Source: Nitrospirota bacterium
Lineage (GTDB): Bacteria > Nitrospirota > UBA9217
Assembly (NCBI GenBank): GCA_963790205.1
Contig: CAWBNQ010000001.1
Span: 256,001 to 320,000, forward strand
Length of the DNA stretch: 64,000 bases
Direction: 5' to 3'
Shown here: in pieces, positions 1 through 11,100 of the stretch
Position numbering within the stretch: position 1 is the first letter of the stretch
Layout: each line of letters starts with the position of its first letter
Program-made: the position numbers and the translations under genes
Notes under the pieces: generated by a model
Databases searched by the model: none
What the model saw: the letters and a program-made list of their open reading frames with translations, nothing else
Told to the model about the DNA's origin: nothing

Positions 1-255
1 AAAGTCAATCCTGCCGTCGGCTATCTTGGCGCCGATTTGCAGATCTCCGCCCAAAGGTCAGCTCTGGAGTTTGTTAATCTTGAAGCCAAGCTCTTGTTCC
101 AAAATCTCACCGGTTGTCCCTGTCGCGTATATCGTGTGATGCTCCAGGAGCGCTTGATTGTATTTTGACCATTCAACCAAATCGCGCTTTTTATTGTCGT
201 GCGCGACGAGGGCAATCTTTTTATCATGTTTCATGGCTATTTTCTTGTGATTCAC
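1..255 (-). pseudogene. mgsA: Methylglyoxal synthase, runs off the window edge, with in-frame TGA at 58-60
   Basis: KIALVAHDNKK and ATGTTG motifs; reading through TGA gives LQS*PLGGDLQIGAKIADGRIDF, the SGPxGGD motif with G replaced by stop. GTG start at 255 behind a GGGAGG RBS. Confidence 0.85.
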
Positions 256-289
256 GTAAATTCCCCTCCCTCCCATTCACACGAACCAT

Positions 290-1294
290 TCAATTCTGTT
301 TTGATCGAAGGCTTTCGATGGCGCGTTTTGCCCAGGTGCTGTCTTGCAGGATGGCCCTTCCGACGCCGATCAGGTCTGCCTTCTTCTCCGCCAAAAATCT
401 CTCTGCGGCCTCTGCTTCGGTGATCCCGCCGGTGAGGACCACGGGAATGGAAACAGCGCTCTTGATGGCCTCGCTCAAGGGAGCAAAATAACCCTGCTCA
501 AGGAGACCGGGGGGAGTATATCCCACAAACCCGCCGGAAATATGAATGATATCCGCCCCTGCCTTTTCGAATGCCCGGGCGGCGAGCTTGCTGTCTTCGA
601 TCGTCGTTCCGCCTTCCGTATAATCCGAGGCCCCTAACCGTACCTGGATGGGGAAATCCGGCCCGACTGCCGAACGCACCGCCTCGATCACCTGGAGGTG
701 AATGCGAATGCGGTTGGAAATATCTCCGCCGTATTCGTCCGTCCGTTTGTTCGTGAGGGGAGACAGGAATTGGTTGAGAAGGTAACCATGAGCGGAATGG
801 ATCTCCACGGCGTCGAAGCCAGCCTCCTTGACCCTGCGGCCGGCGTCTTTAAAGGCGCTCACAATATCCCCGATCTCCTTCCGGGTGATCTCGCGGGGCA
901 GATCGCCGCGCCTCGGGTTCGCTGTTGCTGAAGGAGCCAGGGGCGACGTTCCCGTGACGTCTCTGAGCGCCGCGCTTCCGGCGTGGTTGATCTGCATTGC
1001 GGCCTTAGATCCGTTCCGGTGAATGACATCCGCCAATGTCCGCAAGCCAGGGACCATGGCGTCACCGGAAACGGAAAGCTGATTGTCGCTTGCCTTTCCT
1101 TCCGGGGATATGTAGCTGTGCTCGATGATGATCAAAGAAATGTATCCGCTCCGGGATTTTTCCTCGTAGTAGTCGAGAAGCGCCTTGCTTACTTTTCCGT
1201 CAGGCCCGGCTTTTGCGGTAGCCATCGGCGGCATGACCAGCCGGTTGGCCAGGTTCATTGAACGTACTTTTAAAGGTTTGAGGAGATAGGACAT
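290..1294 (-). CDS. NADH:flavin oxidoreductase (old yellow enzyme family)
   Basis: NRLVMPPMA, QINHAG, AGFDAVEIHSAHGYLLNQFLSPLTNKRTDEYGG motifs. Confidence 0.93.
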   Translation of the reverse strand: MSYLLKPLKVRSMNLANRLVMPPMATAKAGPDGKVSKALLDYYEEKSRSGYISLIIIEHSYISPEGKASDNQLSVSGDAMVPGLRTLADVIHRNGSKAAMQINHAGSAALRDVTGTSPLAPSATANPRRGDLPREITRKEIGDIVSAFKDAGRRVKEAGFDAVEIHSAHGYLLNQFLSPLTNKRTDEYGGDISNRIRIHLQVIEAVRSAVGPDFPIQVRLGASDYTEGGTTIEDSKLAARAFEKAGADIIHISGGFVGYTPPGLLEQGYFAPLSEAIKSAVSIPVVLTGGITEAEAAERFLAEKKADLIGVGRAILQDSTWAKRAIESLRSKQN

Positions 1295-1316
1295 AAATTA
1301 ATCAGCCTCCACATGA

Positions 1317-1946
1317 TTATCGTATTACACTCTTCAATATTTCTGCTGAATTCTTCACAATGACGAGCTTCTCGAGATTCTTTAAAGACCGCTCATGCGC
1401 TTCCTTGTCCATCGAAGAAACGCAATCGGAAACAACCACCGGGTAGAACCCCCTGTTTGAGGCATCACGCGCCGATGACTCAATTCCCATCTCCGTCGCT
1501 ATGCCGGTGAATATCAGAGTCGTTATATGCCTGTTCCTCATCATATTTTCAAAGGTGGTCCCGATGAAAATGCTCGCCGTCGATTTATCCAGAAGGATAT
1601 CTCCCTTCGCCGGTCTTACGGCTTCAGGGATCTCTCTTTCCCGTGAGCCCGGCGGCATGAAATGAGGCAGCTTGTCGACCTCCTTGACGTTATAGCGCCT
1701 CATCATATTATAAATGCTCCAGGAGGACTGAAATTCCCTCGGAAGGGGAGTTATCAGGGTATATACAACGGGCATTTTATTTCTTAAGATATCCACAAAG
1801 CGTTTCAAGTTGCCTATGAATTCTTCCTTATTAAAGATTCTGTCTACAAGGCCATTTTGGACGTCCCAGACGATAAGACATGAATGACCGGGATCGACTA
1901 TTTCCGCCAGATCTTCATATATGGCAATTCCATTTGCGTGTATCAT
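1317..1946 (-). CDS. Isochorismatase-family cysteine hydrolase
   Basis: LIVWDVQN, K-S-F, GIATEMGIESSARDA motifs; ATG at 1946 follows an AAGGAG RBS. Confidence 0.88.
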   Translation of the reverse strand: MIHANGIAIYEDLAEIVDPGHSCLIVWDVQNGLVDRIFNKEEFIGNLKRFVDILRNKMPVVYTLITPLPREFQSSWSIYNMMRRYNVKEVDKLPHFMPPGSREREIPEAVRPAKGDILLDKSTASIFIGTTFENMMRNRHITTLIFTGIATEMGIESSARDASNRGFYPVVVSDCVSSMDKEAHERSLKNLEKLVIVKNSAEILKSVIR

Positions 1947-2036
1947 CGATAGCTCCTTTCTGAGCAACGGCTATTTCTCGAATTCTGCAATTTCCATCCT
2001 GTGCGCAGACGCTGCACGCTTTTTCGAAAAGGGAAC

Positions 2037-2861
2037 TTACTGTATCAGCGTCGGATAGAGCTTCGATGCGATAATGACCAGGACTGTATAGATCAGTCCC
2101 AGAATGACAACATCGAACGCGAACCCATACGCGCTGTGACCGCCCTGAATCATAAGTCCCCGTAAGATGTCCACCAAATAGGTCAGGGGGTTGATCCTCG
2201 CAAATACCAGTAACCATTTCGGCATGAGCTCGAGCGGGTAGATCGCGTTGCTTGCGAAAAAAAGCGGCATCGTGAGCACCTGGCCGATCCCCATGAAACG
2301 TTCCCGGGTCTTCACGATGCAGGCGATAATGAGAGAAAACGTCGAAAAGATCGCCGATCCGAGGACAACGGCAAGAAGCACGCCCAGGATCGCATGCGGG
2401 CTCAGCCTGATCTCAATTCGCATGAGGAAAGCAATAACGTAGATGATAAGAGCCTGGATCAACCCCCGAAATCCGGCGGAAATCGCTTTTCCGAGTACCA
2501 ATGCGCCCCGATAGGCCGGGCTCACCAGGAGTTTATGAACGATCCCCAGGTCCCGCTCCCAAATGACCGCGATCCCGTAAAAGATCGCGCTGAACAGCAC
2601 GCTTTGCGCTAAAATCCCGGGGCACATAAAGGCCAGGTAACTGATGTTGCCGGTAGGAATGCCCCGGACCCGGCTGAAAACCTGGCCAAAGACCACTAAC
2701 CAGAGGATCGGCTGGACAGCGCGGGAAAAAAGTTCGGTAGGATCACGGAGGAGTTTCCTCAGCTCGGATTCTCCTATCGCAATGCTCTGTCCCATGAAGT
2801 CGGTAAGAGAAAAGGAATCAACCGAGCCGAGTGACCGTGCTTCGTGTTCTCCGGACGTCAC
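2037..2861 (-). CDS. ABC-2 type exporter permease (DrrB-like)
   Basis: About six TM segments; WERDLG, FASNAIYP, NPLTYLVD; overlaps the ATPase gene. Confidence 0.9.
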   Translation of the reverse strand: MTSGEHEARSLGSVDSFSLTDFMGQSIAIGESELRKLLRDPTELFSRAVQPILWLVVFGQVFSRVRGIPTGNISYLAFMCPGILAQSVLFSAIFYGIAVIWERDLGIVHKLLVSPAYRGALVLGKAISAGFRGLIQALIIYVIAFLMRIEIRLSPHAILGVLLAVVLGSAIFSTFSLIIACIVKTRERFMGIGQVLTMPLFFASNAIYPLELMPKWLLVFARINPLTYLVDILRGLMIQGGHSAYGFAFDVVILGLIYTVLVIIASKLYPTLIQ

Positions 2862-3654
2862 GGTAATTCCCCCCTTCTGTGATCAGGACCCCGCAGCAAT
2901 GAGCAAAAACATCGTCCAGCGTGGCCGTGGGGCTGATCGCCGTTTTTAAATCCGCGGGCTTACCGATCGCGGCGACTTTTCCTTCATGTAAAATGGCAAG
3001 CTCATCGCAGAGCTGGTCCGCCTCTTCCATATCGTGCGTCGTGATGAGGACCGTCATGCTGTAATCCCGTCTCAAATCCAGCAGCCGGTCCCACACATTT
3101 CGCTTCGCCACCGGGTCAAGACCGATCGTCGGTTCATCAAGAAAGAGGACAACGGGATGATGGAGCATCGCCTGGGCAAGCTCCAGTCTTCTTATCATCC
3201 CGCCCGAATACGTCTTGACGAGCTTTTTTGCCGAGTCTTCTAGGCCCATAAATTTCAACACTTCGTCGATTCGGGCAGCTCTTTCCGATCCGGGCATTCG
3301 ATAGAGCTTGGCGGAAAGCACTAAGTTCTCACGTCCTGTCAAAGCGCCGTCTGCGGAAAGCATTTGAGGAACATATCCGATCCGCCTCCGTACTTGGGCG
3401 GGCCCGGCGACCACATCGAAGCCGGCCACGGTTGCCGCCCCGGAAGTCGGAGCAAGGAGGGTCGTGAGCATTTTGATCGTTGTGCTTTTCCCGGCGCCGT
3501 TCGGCCCGAGGAGGCCGAAAATCCGGCCGCACCTGACCTGGAGATCGACCCGATTGACTGCTGTTTGCTGGCCGAACGTTCGAGTCAGGCTCATCGTCTG
3601 AATGGCGAGGCTCTCTGTGAAGCCCGAGCTATCGTCTCGATGCGGATCCTTCAT
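2818..3654 (-). CDS. ABC exporter ATP-binding subunit (DrrA-like)
   Basis: GPNGAGKST, YSGGM, LFLDEPT, TTHDMEEA. Confidence 0.95.
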   Translation of the reverse strand: MKDPHRDDSSGFTESLAIQTMSLTRTFGQQTAVNRVDLQVRCGRIFGLLGPNGAGKSTTIKMLTTLLAPTSGAATVAGFDVVAGPAQVRRRIGYVPQMLSADGALTGRENLVLSAKLYRMPGSERAARIDEVLKFMGLEDSAKKLVKTYSGGMIRRLELAQAMLHHPVVLFLDEPTIGLDPVAKRNVWDRLLDLRRDYSMTVLITTHDMEEADQLCDELAILHEGKVAAIGKPADLKTAISPTATLDDVFAHCCGVLITEGGNYRDVRRTRSTVTRLG

Positions 3655-3696
3655 TCTTTTATCCTGTTCCGTGAATCTCGTTCATGATCTGAATAA

Positions 3697-4623
3697 TTAT
3701 ATTCCGGAATGAACGATAATCACCGGAATTGCGGCGTTTAAGATTGTTTCCCGGGCCGTGCTTCCGAAAAAGGCATTGAGTAAGGCGTTCCTGCCGTGAG
3801 TCCCCATGATCACCAACGAATAGCCGTCGTTGCTTTCCTCGTACACCGCGCTGGAGGATCGTCTCGCCTTGTCCTCGACTTTGTATTCACACGGCACGCC
3901 GTATTTCTGAAAAAAAAGCGCTTTCCGTTTCATGGATTCGACGGCAGCTTCGCGGATCGTGACAGTTATCTCATCGAAATTGACAGGGACCCCGGAGACC
4001 GCACTATTATCCAGAACGACACTGTAGCTGTCCCACAGACAATGAAACAGGACCACGCGCGCTTCGATGCGCTTCGCGAGAGAAAGGGCATATTGCTCGG
4101 CGGCCCGGCTGTTTTTCCCAAGATCGGTCGCAACGAGAATTCGCAGTTGCCAGGGGCCGGTGAGCTCCTGGTCTTTTTTCTGGGCCGCGGGGCCGACCAC
4201 CATAACGGGCCTTTGAGCGTGGCGCACGACTTCTTCCGCGACGCTTCCTATCCGGAAACGCTTCATTCCCTTCAGTCCCTGCGTACCCATAACGACAAAT
4301 TCCGGCGCAGGCTTTGCGCGCAGGGCCTTCAGGATCTGCTCGGGAGGGGAGCCGCCTTGTATGAGACAGCGTGCGGGGACTTGATACCGCCTGCCGGCCT
4401 CATTCAGATTTTCCCGATGCCGGGTATGCCACGCGCGAACGCGGGGTGAGTCGAACCTGTCGTGCGGGTATGCGTTCAGGTCTTCCACATAAAGGAGGTC
4501 GATCCCGGTTTTGAGTTGTTTCGCCAAAGAAGTGGCGGCGCTTCGCATTGCCTGCGAGCGCTCTTTGCCGGAGTCGGTCTGATTTTCAATGTCGTCAGCA
4601 ACTAAAATCGAACGTTGCGGCAT
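3697..4623 (-). CDS. Universal stress protein, tandem USP domains
   Basis: Two VMGTxG...GS(V/T)A motifs, each preceded by an ILVAxD strand. Confidence 0.9.
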   Translation of the reverse strand: MPQRSILVADDIENQTDSGKERSQAMRSAATSLAKQLKTGIDLLYVEDLNAYPHDRFDSPRVRAWHTRHRENLNEAGRRYQVPARCLIQGGSPPEQILKALRAKPAPEFVVMGTQGLKGMKRFRIGSVAEEVVRHAQRPVMVVGPAAQKKDQELTGPWQLRILVATDLGKNSRAAEQYALSLAKRIEARVVLFHCLWDSYSVVLDNSAVSGVPVNFDEITVTIREAAVESMKRKALFFQKYGVPCEYKVEDKARRSSSAVYEESNDGYSLVIMGTHGRNALLNAFFGSTARETILNAAIPVIIVHSGI

Positions 4624-5064
4624 ATTCCATTCTCCCTGCGAGGTATCGCTGTTGCTTTACTTTCTAGAAGATATCACGTCAACGATGGTTTATCAAGGAC
4701 GAACACGCCGATTTTGCGATCAAAGCATGTTGACGTTACGTTCCTGGTTGCATATGACAAGGTCGATGAGCGGGCCGTTCGCGAACGGCCGAACACGATC
4801 GGGATCGATCTCGCGCCCGACAGGGAACACCGTCCCCCTCCTGCACCGCACTTATCGTCTACCGTGAAATGCCGCATGCAGCCAGGGGCACGCCCTCCGG
4901 GGAATTCAGAAGAAGAGAAAAGGTCTTTAAGAATTATGAAAAGACGATGGCATGGAAAGGCGGGAAGGCATGAGCACAGGATATCTCTAGAAATTGGAAG
5001 GCGACTATTTCCAGTTGTACTGCGCATTCCCCTTTTGTTTTGCGCCTGACGGAAAGGACAAAAT

Positions 5065-5105
5065 GAAAAGAGGCTTGGATACAATCCTCATCTAAGCCTC
5101 TTTTC
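5065..5105 (-). terminator. Putative intrinsic terminator of the giant-protein gene
   Basis: AAAAGAGGCTTGGAT...ATCTAAGCCTCTTTT inverted repeat just past the 5122 stop. Confidence 0.65.
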
Positions 5106-5121
5106 TCGCCTCATCAGCAGA

Positions 5122-8100
5122 TCAGTTGATAACTCTTATTACGTCCACGCCGTCAAAGGCCGTCGGTCCGACCTTACCCGTCACATGGACAGGAACGCTG
5201 TCTCCGAGCGGCAGGACGCCAATCACGTCGCTCCGCTTGAACTTTACCATGAGGTCCGGGATGCCGTCCTTGTCCTGGTCGCCGATCGCGTAGGGCCAGG
5301 TTTCTGCAGGGATGGTCCCTTCGAGCCGGATCGACGAGACATCGATGTCCTTGACGTTGTAGCCCGCCGGCAGCTCGATATAGACCACGACCCAGGTCCC
5401 GTTGCTCGATTTATTGAGCGTATCGGGGTCGAAGTCGATCGTGGCGGTGATGCCCGTTTGCGGCAGATGGACCGTGAAGCTCGCCATGCTCGTCCAGGGG
5501 CCGTAGAGCTGGCCGTCATAAGCCCGGCAGCGCCACTGATAAATGGTGTTGTCAGTAAGCGCTGTGGCCGGGGTTGCCGATGTGATGCCCGAGCTGCCGC
5601 CGGGCACGCCTATTATGGAAGTAACGAGCGCTCCGCCGCTGTATATCTCGAAATCATACGTAAGGCTCGGGCTGTCCGGATCGGTCGCGTTCACGACGGC
5701 AAGCGTGGGCGTAAGCGTCGCGACGCTGCTGCCGTCGGCAGGAGCCGAGAGCGACGGGGCGCTGGGCGCATCGTCGGCAGTATTCACCATGAAGGAGGCC
5801 TGCGGCATCCAGGGGCCGTAGAGCTTGCCGTCAAAGGCGCGTGTTCTCCAGTAGTAAGTCTGGTTTTCGGTTAGAACCACTGGCACGGTCCAGGATGTGA
5901 TCTGGCTGGTCTCAGCCACACCGGTTGTACTCGTAACGAGCGTTATGAGCCCGGAGTCGCTGTAGACCTCGAAGTCATACGTAAGAGCGTCCCGGTCAGG
6001 GTCCGTGGAATCATACACCGACAAGGTCGGCGTGAACACGGTCACCGCGCCGGCATTGGACGGGTTGGCAAGCGTCGGCGCGGTCGGCGGCTCGTTTACG
6101 GCGTTTGCAAAGAAGCCGACAACAGTTGACCACGGACTGTCCGCCTGCCCGTCGGAGGCCTTCACCCGGACGTAGTACTGCGTGTCTTCGGTAAGGCCTG
6201 TAACGCGCCAGGTAGTGGCGCTCTGGCCCTGGGCCACTGAACCGGAGCGGATGATATTGGGTGAATCGAAGGTCGGGACCGTATCGACCTCGAAGAAATA
6301 CGCGATGACACTTGAATCAGGGTCCGTGCTGTTCGCGACCGCGATGTCCGTATCGAGGGCAGCTATGGTCGCATTGTTCGCCGGGGCCGTGATAACCGGC
6401 ATTGTCGGCGGCTCGTTCGTGGTGTTGACGAAGAATGAAGCCGTTGTTGACCACAGGCCGGTCATGAACCAGTCGTCGGCCTGCGCCCTCCAGTAGTACC
6501 AGTTGTTCTCTACCAGATTTGCCGGGACCTGCCACGATGTGGTCCCCTGGCTGGACATAGTCGATGTCTGGCTGCTCATAACTCCTGTTGTCGTGGCAAT
6601 GATCTGGGTAAATCCGGGATCAAGGGCCACGTCGAAGTTGTAGGTAAGGCTCGGGCTGTCCGGGTCCGTGGCGTTGGTCACGGTAAGGACCGGCGTATAG
6701 GTCGCGACCTGGCTGCCGTCTGTTGGGCTGCTGATCAGGGGCGCCGTGGGAGGATCGTCCACGGTGTTGACCCGGAAGGAGGCGGGCGCCATCCAGGGGC
6801 CGTAGAGCCAGTTGTCATAAGCCCGGCTGCGCCAGTAGTAAGTCTGGTTTTCCGTGAGGGTCAGGGGAACAGTCCATGACGTTGTTCCCGTGCCCTGGGT
6901 GAGCATATCTGATGACGCCGTGAGTTGCGTCAGCGCGCTGTCGCTGTAGAGCTCGAACTGGTAGGTAAGCTTGTCGTCGTTCGGGTCCGAAGCGTTGTTA
7001 ACCGTCAATGTCGGCGTGAAGGTAAGAACGTCGGAGCCGTTAACAGGTCCGACGAGCGACGGGCTTGACGGCGCGCCTTCGATCCGGAAGTAGGCGCCGC
7101 TAAGGGTTTCCGTCAGACTGCCGACGGTTGCCTGGAGGATAACGAGGTAGTCCTTGGCCGTGTACCTGGTGGTGTCGATCAGGATGGTGTTTGCCGTTGA
7201 TCCTCCCATGGCAAGGGTCGCCTGGTTCGGGAAGGTGTCGTACACGGTCTGGTCGGAGACATTTACCGTGAGCACGGTAAGTGTTACGTTTTGAAGGTCG
7301 ATATTGCCCACGTTCGTGACGTTGTAGGACACGGTCGCGGTCTGCCCGGACAGAAGCTCCTGCGCGCCCACGGAGATCTGGCCCCGAAGGACCGATGCGG
7401 GGTTTATGACGTTGGTTATCGTAAGAGTCTGCGTTCCCGTGGCGATGATCGTCCCGGTTAAATCTCGTACAATGAGTGTGACGGGATAGGTCCCTGAGGG
7501 ATAGGTCCCTATGTTCCAGTAGTCCTTAAAGTTGTACGTTGCGCCGGGCATGAGGCTGGTGATGGCCTTGGTGTCCGTAAAGAGCGTTGTCGCCGGGCTC
7601 GTTACTATATTCGACCCGATGGTAAGCGTTGCCGAGAGGTTCTGGAGAATGGTGTTTCTGCTCTGGCTCGTTATGACTGCGCTCAGCGCTGCCGTGTCAT
7701 TGGGGTTATAGGATATCTTGTCCGTCGTAACCCCTGCGCTCATCCGGGTATCGGATGCGATCGTGAACCCCGTCACCTTCCTTGAGATCACCCGGCCTGA
7801 CTCGCTGAACTCGGCCATCACCGTGTACTGGCCGGCAAGAGTTGCTGCCGTGTTCCAGGTCCGGGTAAGCATAACGCTGCTGTTCGCGTTGACTGTGACC
7901 GGATCGGCCGTTGATATCGTGGCAATGAGATTTCCAGCGCTATCTTTCACGTACAGGCCAAGGGTAAGGTATCGGGTGTTTCCGGTGTTGTCCGATACGG
8001 TTAAGGTCTCCGTCACGGTGTCGTCGGCATTGTAAGTGGCTTTGTCGAGCGTGAGTGATGCGGCCAACCCTGCCGATTGAATGAAAATGGCCTGAGAAGC

Positions 8101-11100
8101 CATATTATTGTCTTCCCTGCTCTCGATGATCATGCTCGCGGGGTCTACGACGACGTAGACCTGCTGCTGCCCTGCCCATCCCGTGGTGTCGAGGCTCGCC
8201 TGGACCATAGCGGTACTTCCCAAGGCCATGACCGGGTAAATGGTCTGGCTCGAAACGAGCATGCCTCCGGAAGATGGGTTGCCGAGGTAGATATTCACCA
8301 GGACATTGCTCGTTGACGCACCCTGGTTATGGATGGTGGCGGAAACCGAGAGCGCGTTCCCTTCGGAAGGAGACGCGGGCGTAAGCTGGATGTCGGAAGC
8401 GGAGACGGCAAGGTCGGGGAGCACGGCCTGCTGGACCTGGAACATGACGGAAGCGCTGTTGTTCGCCTTGCTCGATTCGACGATGGCATTTGCAGGGTCA
8501 ACGACGATGTAGAGCACATTCGTTCCCACTTTGCCGAGGGTGTCGTAACTGAAGGTGACCGGGGCTGTGCCTCCGGCGCTTATCGAAGCGATAACCTGGT
8601 CAGTTCCGACCCGGACTCCGCCTGTTGCGGGATTGCCGTTGTAGAGCCGAACAACGACGTTTGATGCCGAGAGGCCGCCGATGTTGCTTATTGTCGCCGT
8701 GACCGGAATGGGGGTCCCCTCGTAATAGGGACCTGCCGGCAACGCGATGTTCTGAGGACTGATCGTGAGGTCCGGGTACTCGACGACGATGGTAACGTCT
8801 GCTGCGGCCTGGTTGTCGTCCTTGCGGCACTCGGAGATGGCGTTCGCCGCGTCCACCACAGCATAAATATGATGGAGCCCCAGGCCCCCGCCGGCCCAGT
8901 TGTAGACCACATCCTGGAAGTCTCCGGGATTAAGGGCCTTTGTGGTTGATGCGGTGCCGATGGCTGTTCCGCCAGCCGCCGGATCGCCGTCGTAGTACGT
9001 AACCGTCACGGTCGGTGTGGAAGCGATCGCTCCGCCGTTCCCTACCCTGACAGCGATATTTGTCGACAATCCTGCCTGCTCAATGCGCAGGTCCGAGGCT
9101 GTGAGATTCGGGGTGAGATAGGGGTTCGGATTAGGTCCGATTGATGCCTGAGTTTGGTACGTATTATTAAGAAGCCAGCTCGGGGCCTCATGCTGCGGGA
9201 TCGAGCCGTCGTCGTTTACATTTGTGACATGATAAGAAGGCTGATTGTAAATACGGCGTCCGTTGGACCATGGATGGTTCGGATCTACCGAGTGATACAC
9301 GCGCATCGCTTCGAGATTGTTTTTATCGTCATGGCCTGTCACAACTAATTCGACCTGTCCATCGCCGTCCACGTCAGCTACAGTCACGTTTTGCGGGAAG
9401 ACATTATCATCTCCGCCAAAAGGTTCCTGATACAAAACTGTGCCGTCTTTCCCGGAAAGGATCGTGAAGTAGCCTCCGCTGTTTATCATCACCTTCGGGA
9501 TGCCGTCTCCGTCCAGATCGAAAACCGTCGGCGCCGCACTATAGGCAGAGCTAGTATAAACCGGAATCGTAAGTGTATTCTTGAGTTGACCGTCCTTATT
9601 CAAGACTAAAATCTTATTCTCGCTCCTGATCCCTATTTCCGGCTTGCCGTCCCCGTCGAAGTCTGCCACAATTGGCGGACTTGCGCCAAAGGAACCAATT
9701 GAGTTATTTCCAAGGAGCTGTCTTACGGATACCGGACCCCATTTGATATTACCCGTGTTGTCGAGAAGATAGACCACAGCATCACCTGAAACGTATCCTT
9801 CCAAAACAATTTCCGGGTAGGGATCGCCGTCGAAATTAGCGATAGCGACGGCCCCATCGGGAAGCGAAGATTTCCACCAGATACGATTGCAATTGTTGTC
9901 ATACGCTGCATTGCCGGCCACGATCTCCTGCTGACCGTCGAGGTTCAGATCAACAACTGCTGCAAAATCATACAATACCCCTCCGTATACGTTGAAGTAA
10001 CCCTTCCCACTGCCATTATAAGAGTTATAGCCGGCGCATCGGACGGAGCCGTCCGCGTTGATGACCGTCGGTCCCGAGATGATTTCCTTGTTCCCGTCTC
10101 CCTTGAGGTCGGCGATGGCGGTAACGTTCCTCTGAGAAATAGTGGGGATAAAATAGCCGCTGGAGCTTGAGGGATGGGCTGTTTTCCATGCCTGGACTTG
10201 CGCACTATCGTCCCACTTCATGGTCCAGTCGTTGTTGTAGACGACCAGCCCATAACCATAGGTGTTATTGTTAGTTTCAAAGATGATCTCCGGTTTCCCG
10301 TCACCGTCGAAGTCTCCGGACGAAACATAGGAGAGTATATCCGCGTGGTGGTTTATATCGTAGATTGAAGCATAGTTCTCCCCGGTATCGCCCTTGAAGG
10401 CCAATATCTTTGCCGAGTACACCAGTAGAGGGTTCATCACAGGGAGAACGATATCCGGAACATCATTTTGATCTATCTTCCCGTCGCCGTTCGTGTCCCG
10501 CAAATGCATGATTGTAGGCTGAGGTAACAACAGCCAACCGGCGCTAGGTATTCCCCACTTCCACTTGACCGTTGCTTGAATGGGGTTCGTTGGGACGACC
10601 TGACAGTCCTTGCAGGACACGAGATGATTGTTGTCCTCGTTCTGTTCGAGAATGGCGTCGCCGGAATCGACGAACGCGTAGAGCGGCGAGTGGAGGAACG
10701 TGACCGCGCCGGAGAGCGGCACGTCGACCGCACCAACTCCTTCGGGCCAGAGCGCCGCGGGATTCGATCCTGTCCCGAAACTCATGAGACCCGTGCCTAA
10801 GAGGTTGTCCACCCCCGCGGTGTATTTCCCGTCTCCGTCCTTGTCCTCGAAGATAGAGACGTTAAAGGACGTGGTTATCTTGTCGTCGCCTGTGTTCTGG
10901 AAGGTGACGTGGGCGGTGCCAGAGATTGCGAGCGATTGGGGATCGGTTGTCGTGTTCGTGAGGTCGATCGAAACAGGAACAAGGTCAGGTCCCAGGGTCT
11001 CCCCCGGCGATAAGATGGTGAGCGAGCGGATGGCCGTGTTGTTGTCTTCGTACATTTCCACGACCACATTCTCGGGGTCGGCCACGGCGTAGAACCGGTA

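Noticed and set aside
58..60. TGA recoding (Gly or selenocysteine)
   Set aside because: TGA ends many genes in this window (icd, HD-GYP, Smr) and the position is a conserved Gly, not Cys.
4589..5084. Overlapping short ORFs between the USP gene and the giant gene
   Set aside because: No RBS, motif or consistent codon bias; at most an unidentifiable gene fragment.
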